Of a DNA stretch of 64,000 bases, positions 61,801-64,000 are shown piece by piece. Position 1 is the first letter of the stretch; every line of letters begins with the position of its first letter. Source of the stretch: Tubiluchus corallicola (lineage: Eukaryota; Animalia; Priapulida); the NCBI GenBank assembly GCA_030141605.1, contig JAQGDQ010000053.1:682001-746000 (forward strand). Reading direction: 5' to 3'. The notes beneath the pieces were generated by a model. It searched no databases, was not told where the DNA came from, and saw only the letters and a list, made by a program, of their open reading frames with translations. The translations under genes and the position numbers were made by a program.

Positions 61801-64000
61801 GATTTTGTGATTTCAATAAACTAAAAATTTAATTTTTAATTGCATGTACACCTAATCTGTTGTAAATTTACATGACATGTTCAGTAAACTTTGTGTGTGA
61901 TTCAAAAAATTCAGTCAATTTTGACTGCACAAAATTTCTATTTGTGCCTTGTATAAAAAAGTTTGCACCAAATTGACTGCAGTAGGTTTTGTCATTTGAC
62001 GAAACATCTCAGCAGTGCGCTACCAGTGTACATATGTAAAACATCTGGAAGCTGGATGCCCAACACCTTTTTTGTAGCACCAGGAATGACAGGTTAAATT
62101 TAACAGCAAATGAAATTAGAAACGGCTGTAAATAGCAAAGTACCCAATCAAATATTTATAAATACGCAGCAATGCAGGCAATGGTGCCCGATAAAGAATC
62201 TGCAATATGCAATAATCAAGTACGCTATACTCAAAGCTATTGTGCTAGTTAAATAAATGATGAAATCTCGTTCATTTTTGTGAGTTTGCATTACTGGTGT
62301 GCACCCAATAAACCATGTTCACTATAATGGTGTTATTAATGCGTCTTTATTATGATATTTACTTCCTTTTGTGTTTACTCAATGGGGCTTTGATGTCTCT
62401 TTGCATACAAAATTTGCTTAAGATACATGTAAACGTGGGGCAAAGAAATATAGCAAAAAGTAAATGTGTAATATTTTGCTGTAAAAATATATTTATATGT
62501 CTTGATGCAAACAATGAGAAATTCCCATATTGTCTTATTTTATAGGATTACGTTCGAGCCGCTATTACTTGTATTCGATTCTACAGAACTGGTGCTAATT
62601 CATATACAGAACTGTACAGTCGACTGCCTCATCTTGCCAATGCAACACAGCACCTTGAAACTTATTTTAGAATTCAGAAAGATTCAAATAGGAATACTGG
62701 ATCTGGCATGTACTGTGTGTGGGGAGAAGAAAGTAGTGAAGTTCGATTGACATTACCCAAGGGTGAAGTTCATAAGTACGTTTTGACTTCCATTTGTAAC
62801 AGATAGAAACAATTTTTTGGGTACAGCAATAGTTACTATTATCGTCTTTGTCTTGTTGCGTAAGTTGACGAAAAGCCTACCCATTGATTATTGTTACTAT
62901 TGAATCTAGCTAAACTACAATGAAAGCTTTTTATTCATTGTAAAATCTGAACTTATTTATGCGAGTTTATTTATTTGTATATTTATTTATTTATTTAGTT
63001 GTATAATTTCCGTAGACATACTACTTTGGATTTCCGTAGACATACTAGTTTTTAATTTCCATTTGTTGTTCATGATGAAACTCTAAGGATACATTCTTTT
63101 TATATTGCGGCATATATAGAGAAATATAAAATTTACCTTATTTACAGTTATCTCATGACAATAAGTTTACAAACTGAAGTCACCAAATTTCTACAACGAT
63201 GTGAAAACTTAAGACCATCTGTAGCACAGTATTGGGAAGCTCCTTTACCTACTTTGTTTGGAAATGGCAAAGTTAAGATGGATGTAGCAATAGCAGTGAT
63301 GATGGCTGGTAACAGTATTGATGATGGATTTGGGATTGCTTTCAGAATTATACAGGTAATATGACTTTGGTTAGGTAATAGATAGTGAAAACTCAGAAAC
63401 GTCTTATATATTGTAGCAGTAGATCACACAATAAACTTTAAGGTTACTGCTAGATCACACAATAAACTTTAAGGTTACTGCTAGATCACACAATAAACTT
63501 TAGGGTTACTGCTAGTTCCATTCGTTTTAACATTTTCATTAGCTACTTATCAGCCCCTGATTTTTAATTTCTCTGCAGGAAAGTTGAATTTCTCGGGAAA
63601 CTTTGTTGCTTGACATTAATGCTTAACAATGTTTTTTTTTGTAATTGTTGCCATAATTCTAGTGGTTCATATGACTTATTATGTAGCTTTACTTTTGACT
63701 TACTGGAATTTTGTCTCAGTGACTAACAAAAGACGTACCATTGTACTTACACACTTAAGTCATTCTATCAGTTCTGTTTTTGCTTTACACAGTAAGTCGT
63801 CTAAAATGTCTTCTAACATCCTTATTTTGTAGGAATTTCGATTGAATTCAACAATTATCTACACACAAGTAGTGAAACGGTTAGCGAAAGCACACAAATA
63901 TAAAGAAATACGACAGTTATTGTCTTGTGTGCAAGACTCTGGTTTGTCGGATAAGCAAAGTTATGATGAAGTCATTGGAGCCTGTATACGTGTCATTGCT
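22586..64000 (+). CDS. ZFYVE26: Zinc finger FYVE domain-containing protein 26 (spastizin/SPG15) orthologue; 38 exons in window, 3' end beyond window
   Basis: N-terminus HQFGRE...QLFIAFCNHLNLGQWELA resembles human spastizin (HPFGKE..QLFGFFCECLRRGEWELA). Also RLELLEDIFSLLF, IEQLLMDFK, FYVE (WVPD..CMVC..RRHHCRRCGRVVC..C..RICDEC), FYYEQAPS..LC, NPEVD, ECLYYLKTYGTH, LYDFQLFMKDYVRAA, PTLFGN, GFGIAFRIIQEF. Splice phases are continuous. Confidence 0.96.
23272..23476 (+). repeat. 5' LTR
   Basis: Identical to 29010-29214; AATAAA at 23405-23410. Confidence 0.95.
23478..23492 (+). other. Putative primer-binding site
   Basis: TGGTGGCTGCCGGTG directly after the 5' LTR; resembles the tRNA-Leu-type PBS TGGTGGCAGCGGTG with two differences. 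Confidence 0.55.
23686..24909 (+). CDS. gag: Gypsy Gag plus N-terminal part of aspartic protease
   Basis: 407-aa ORF; zinc knuckle variant CPLCKQAGRAKFQHFLSTC; protease active site TLDTGA. Confidence 0.85.
   Translation: MATTRAPKQWCLTKQETITSFEAWRQNLQYTLSLDQNFAEFLLEGATWHKKTNAAPLRGLQDDDENVPIANRRTAAQKTTHLDLMLGQIANYCPIISRNSIVKNSTSLTRIWQTIRQHFGFQTTGGHFLDFNNIHMQPDERPEDLFQRLNSFIEDNLLRAAGGIQHHGENPISDEEITPTLENLIILTWLRLLHPGLPSLVKQKYGTELRSKTLASLKPEISLALDSLLEELQASADAKVLRTAFRQFPDYSKRKQPLIRKKQPRRSTKICPLCKQAGRAKFQHFLSTCQYLPEEDKEYFARARQTISFEEDYSQDSADSCHNIDTTEPDAGDDDECASHNLRCVSTAHRVSTKQSPHLKVFYKHHPIYITLDTGAETSMIKEAIAHLIGVPIQPLCKLMGLHHWTS
24873..27326 (+). CDS. pol: Gypsy Pol segment: protease C-terminus, reverse transcriptase, RNase H (frameshifted relative to neighbours)
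   Basis: DILAGTPF; YLNPSFLVKK; DLTDAFYQIPL; AMGMPGS; KLADDL; ILGW; LRSFIG; VTDGS; CEVEAL; TDSKP; SDFASR. Confidence 0.9.
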   Translation: MQADGVTPLDIIGETRITVTRNAHNLCLEALVVRNLDVDILAGTPFLIANDISVRPARKEVCIKGSDTAKYDIPPANTSKSSICYAHVLRAPSTPTMIWPGEYLELSVPSSVDPDSPLAVEPHTDYAKTTSLWPQPDIIEAVAGKIRIPNISSYPLTIPKHAHICKTYSVTSSKLTTNSQDSQNLPQAQMHNAKQNPPVCYSDAVTVDPDNILSPQSHANFKKLLQDYDGIFSPNISGYNGAAGKFASKVNMGPVQPPQRKGRVPQYSRDKLIELQAKFDELEAQGVVRRPEDVNVTVEYLNPSFLVKKRRCGHRLVTAFSDVGRYSKPQPSLMPDANTILQTIARWRYIIVSDLTDAFYQIPLEHSSLKYCGVATPFRGIRVYTRCAMGMPGSETALEELMCRILGDSLQDGFVSKLADDLYCGGDTPEELLDNWHRVLDALHKSNIHLSPTKTIICPKSTTILGWIWTQGNIAASPHRIATLSTCPAPDTVHGLRSFIGAYKVLGRVLPGCSLVLAPLEDAIAGLQSRDKLQWTDELHHHFAAAQKALSMHKSIILPVPSDQLWIVTDGSVTKRGIGATLYVTRNSKLFLAGFFSAKLRKHQVTWLPCEVEALCIAAAVKHFSPFIIQSTSHPCVLTDSKPCVQAIEKLCRGEFSASPRVTSFLSTVSRYQVTVRHLSGNANIPSDFASRNVPECNEPHCQICSFIIQTEDSVVRSASVQDIINCTAPCPLPPDQHGGTSSLAVQICIALMPTFGKERVRQRNALTSKMLKGTSMPLQLLRMAYWLCVVMSHCTLPWSSSWFHVLFWKAFSQLFT
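26960..28549 (+). CDS. pol: Gypsy Pol segment: DDE integrase (coding part from about 27050)
   Basis: HHCC (ALHIKLSH...CHMC); catalytic FAAD, VRVD, then E exactly 35 residues later (NPVAE); C-terminal GDLVYL and RRPPKYLADYV. Confidence 0.88.
   Translation: MQRTTLSDLLIYHTDRRFCCPFRLSAGHHQLYCSLPFTTRSAWRDIQSGCPDLHRTHAHLRQGTRPSKKCTNIKDVKRYLNAATIAKDGLLVVRRHEPLHPSMELIVVPRSVLEGLLTALHIKLSHPTKLQLVARRHFFALDMSKSIDRVTDSCHMCSSLKKFPQSLISQSSDSPPNAVGLSFAADILKRHRQLILVVRETSTSFTNACIVPDERSDTFREALACLCLDLHPPDGPPAVVRVDPAPGFRALSNDSTLLQLGLSLEIGRIKNPNKNPVAERAIQELEEELLRHEPGGGPVSRLGLSMALARLNSRIRHGGLSSRELWTQRDQFSHDQLPISDRDTLISQHMQRQANHSHSESSKCPSRRNPNHPVINIGDLVYLYSDRDKSQARSRYLVTGIDGEWLFLKKFTGSQLRASSYKVKHSECYLVPTHTDHDKYPPPLLKHSFCDDDNDSEAVSAFPIPHQPLIPITLSSPPSDSYTDKASAVPQQLFPTCDTSTEQSIPPATDYSHPKRSRRPPKYLADYVT
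28988..29007 (+). other. Polypurine tract
   Basis: aagaaaaaggaaaagagaag just upstream of the 3' LTR. Confidence 0.85.
29010..29214 (+). repeat. 3' LTR
   Basis: Identical to 23272-23476; AATAAA at 29143-29148. Confidence 0.95.
29774..29861 (+). CDS. ZFYVE26: ZFYVE26 exon 2
   Basis: CIGSRVIASPYHLSWMCLGQLEKLPTKITQ; phase matches exon 1. Confidence 0.85.
30245..30305 (+). repeat. Possible degenerate tRNA-derived SINE head
   Basis: gggtacatagcttagatggttagagtaactg resembles a tRNA 5' half with A box; B box decayed. Confidence 0.3.
30488..30580 (+). CDS. ZFYVE26: ZFYVE26 exon 3
   Basis: NLDLKSMKKSAEFKLLLYEAAIHHMSSATVK. Confidence 0.82.
31177..31803 (+). CDS. ZFYVE26: ZFYVE26 exon 4
   Basis: ELYSCFSG...WSDVFLYCVYSGRHFLEDYV, donor gtaagt. 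Confidence 0.88.
32625..32801 (+). CDS. ZFYVE26: ZFYVE26 exon 5
   Basis: EKALQCV...EFSCLRPLLVLLAWKHC... Confidence 0.9.
32969..33060 (+). CDS. ZFYVE26: ZFYVE26 exon 6
   Basis: NKNCDKALALACDKMVCDMNVIQWCLERLQ. Confidence 0.88.
33646..33806 (+). CDS. ZFYVE26: ZFYVE26 exon 7
   Basis: ...DHHSALWIMHHVSQLSGLSQEEVIEFL. Confidence 0.87.
33948..34254 (+). CDS. ZFYVE26: ZFYVE26 exon 8
   Basis: DDKFKKA...FTAYWGLKSFMDAIF...VYPLCFR. Confidence 0.87.
34644..35391 (+). CDS. ZFYVE26: ZFYVE26 exon 9
   Basis: RLELLEDIFSLLF...SGFMCN...EAEWRFQLV. Confidence 0.9.
36136..36211 (+). CDS. ZFYVE26: ZFYVE26 exon 10 (weak donor)
   Basis: SGQVCLPFSLEECEWTNDRSSWSLT; bridges phase 0 to phase 1. Confidence 0.6.
36642..36692 (+). 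CDS. ZFYVE26: ZFYVE26 exon 11 (basic)
   Basis: EPHLGPGKRKRSSSKK; tttcag acceptor, gtaatc donor. Confidence 0.65.
36956..37152 (+). CDS. ZFYVE26: ZFYVE26 exon 12
   Basis: ...VVPYMLASKETMLNLCLLTGDHVQARYVIM. Confidence 0.85.
37553..37694 (+). CDS. ZFYVE26: ZFYVE26 exon 13
   Basis: TCDIGEEAAMSEVNFLEHYEVALQKL... Confidence 0.8.
38119..39024 (+). CDS. ZFYVE26: ZFYVE26 exon 14
   Basis: IDAVARAAAAG...IADMAFT...RYLHLLW. Confidence 0.88.
39422..39512 (+). CDS. ZFYVE26: ZFYVE26 exon 15
   Basis: DGESIVEGLHVAPSSIISRLLLEHHVSPD. Confidence 0.83.
39631..39734 (+). CDS. ZFYVE26: ZFYVE26 exon 16
   Basis: LSEIADELCLDLSTVILESCCP...; donor gtgagt. Confidence 0.85.
40534..40680 (+). CDS. ZFYVE26: ZFYVE26 exon 17
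   Basis: VTVKVESAAGQVYNG...KHPGLFVHELLSRLVHLIK. Confidence 0.8.
40942..41248 (+). CDS. ZFYVE26: ZFYVE26 exon 18 (DUF547-like N-terminal part)
   Basis: VDLDLLDTAAEKLCFFVNLYNLLFIHA...GYRI. Confidence 0.85.
41631..41910 (+). CDS. ZFYVE26: ZFYVE26 exon 19 (DUF547-like core)
   Basis: SLFDLRYFILR...DPW...VLFTLVTGTSCSPALQV. Confidence 0.85.
43080..43212 (+). CDS. ZFYVE26: ZFYVE26 exon 20 (DUF547-like C-terminal part)
   Basis: VWIPSILKVYKQDFLG...LLNFIA. Confidence 0.82.
43250..44450. repeat. Probable decayed DNA-transposon sequence
   Basis: Recurring caaaatggcc/caagatgacg and atgatttga motifs; no clear TIR or TSD found, boundaries approximate. Confidence 0.3.
44979..45098. repeat. Tandem duplication, ~60 bp x2
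   Basis: tatgttcarttgtgat...ctgttaggctcgattgccattarttaag x2. Confidence 0.8.
45885..46756 (+). CDS. ZFYVE26: ZFYVE26 exon 21
   Basis: ...SYFRERNELVA...FQQFPLLQSFI...WPVEECVDVLQMC...IYYK. Confidence 0.9.
47290..47438 (+). CDS. ZFYVE26: ZFYVE26 exon 22
   Basis: VMECATLSYG...DYWTFTASESLRCPEQVLEPLL. Confidence 0.82.
47732..47864 (+). CDS. ZFYVE26: ZFYVE26 exon 23
   Basis: CNEYNTCRVWAKLHNVP...HVHYLLE...AYQ. Confidence 0.87.
48608..48784 (+). CDS. ZFYVE26: ZFYVE26 exon 24
   Basis: VLRDVPNSELCLSICTALL...IRLSAK. Confidence 0.87.
48929..48990. repeat. Tandem duplication, 31 bp x2
   Basis: aataaatggaactttttagtgactgwttaag x2. Confidence 0.85.
49347..49442 (+). CDS. ZFYVE26: ZFYVE26 exon 25
   Basis: AMLQLPDSLHREYHFLLSCPNLLIEQLLMDFK. 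Confidence 0.9.
49693..49866. repeat. Tandem duplication, ~90 bp x2
   Basis: taaatgtcatmcatgacaagtgattag...ctagtcttaatgtrtttaagaat x2. Confidence 0.9.
49954..50230 (+). CDS. ZFYVE26: ZFYVE26 exon 26
   Basis: VEFVSKIY...DLLFFYASKALEFP... Confidence 0.87.
50733..50890 (+). CDS. ZFYVE26: ZFYVE26 exon 27 (FYVE N-half)
   Basis: FVIPLEPPTIENWVPDKSVINCMVCKIEHFSM. Confidence 0.93.
51517..51650 (+). CDS. ZFYVE26: ZFYVE26 exon 28 (FYVE C-half)
   Basis: FNRRHHCRRCGRVVCWSCSKRRAIVKGFGSSPVRICDECH. Confidence 0.96.
51989..52593. mobile_element. Tigger/pogo-like non-autonomous element (~605 bp)
   Basis: TIRs cagtatgtcctcatgtaacgac / gtcgttaaacaaggacttactg, TA on both flanks. Confidence 0.8.
53591..53822 (+). 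CDS. ZFYVE26: ZFYVE26 exon 29
   Basis: ...NKFTRERFYYEQ. Confidence 0.88.
54204..54364 (+). CDS. ZFYVE26: ZFYVE26 exon 30
   Basis: APSTNLCISILDLH...NPEVDYILTI. Confidence 0.92.
54921..55211. mobile_element. Tigger/pogo-like MITE (~291 bp)
   Basis: Degenerate TIRs caagtagtcgtacacttacgacc / ggtcgtaacttgacattacctg, TA flanks, internal cttacga repeats. Confidence 0.7.
56621..56797 (+). CDS. ZFYVE26: ZFYVE26 exon 31
   Basis: MMRNLLLSAKMKF...LCDTYLSHVDL...IPSL. Confidence 0.92.
57883..58048 (+). CDS. ZFYVE26: ZFYVE26 exon 32
   Basis: RYRDKLLEEERFQLAMDVSTKC...WG...ARNKFVKCLK. Confidence 0.93.
58202..58339 (+). CDS. ZFYVE26: ZFYVE26 exon 33
   Basis: ISVDKNQPSPPLLDDIVSTLES... Confidence 0.85.
60886..61026 (+). 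CDS. ZFYVE26: ZFYVE26 exon 34
   Basis: YNECLYYLKTYGTHLSLLAFYMRH. Confidence 0.92.
61224..61421 (+). CDS. ZFYVE26: ZFYVE26 exon 35
   Basis: IFIDGVFIP...DPTLEKWSTYLTATC...LYDFQLFMK. Confidence 0.93.
62546..62775 (+). CDS. ZFYVE26: ZFYVE26 exon 36
   Basis: DYVRAAITCIRFYRTGANSYTEL...HLETY. Confidence 0.92.
63148..63355 (+). CDS. ZFYVE26: ZFYVE26 exon 37
   Basis: TISLQTEVTKFL...LPTLFGN...GFGIAFRIIQ. Confidence 0.93.
63420..63515. repeat. Minisatellite, 31 bp x3
   Basis: tagatcacacaataaactttarggttactgc x3. Confidence 0.92.
63833..64000 (+). CDS. ZFYVE26: ZFYVE26 exon 38 (truncated by window end)
   Basis: EFRLNSTIIYTQVVKRLAKAHKYKEIRQLLSCVQDSG... Confidence 0.92.

Overview
AT-rich eukaryotic (invertebrate animal) genomic DNA with two intron-rich genes arranged head-to-head. 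(1) A complete 6-exon Na+/K+-ATPase beta-subunit gene lies on the - strand (CDS 17374->4963, 299 aa). Its ~7 kb intron 1 holds two decayed LINEs, one of them a CR1 apparently nested in a Charlie/Buster-type hAT remnant. (2) A ZFYVE26/spastizin (SPG15) orthologue lies on the + strand from 22586 and runs off the window end (38 exons traced by hand with continuous splice phase). It carries a DUF547-like domain that I do not know from vertebrate spastizin. Its intron 1 contains a ~5.9 kb Ty3/Gypsy LTR retrotransposon with identical 205-bp LTRs, no canonical TG..CA outer termini, an LADD RT motif and two frameshifts. The 5.2 kb between the start codons is mostly nested DNA-transposon relics: a foldback minisatellite, a Tigger-like MITE, a hAT MITE with an 8-bp TSD, and a palindrome-rich TIR element ending 43 bp before the ZFYVE26 ATG. 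All family assignments come from motif recognition by eye; no database searches were run.
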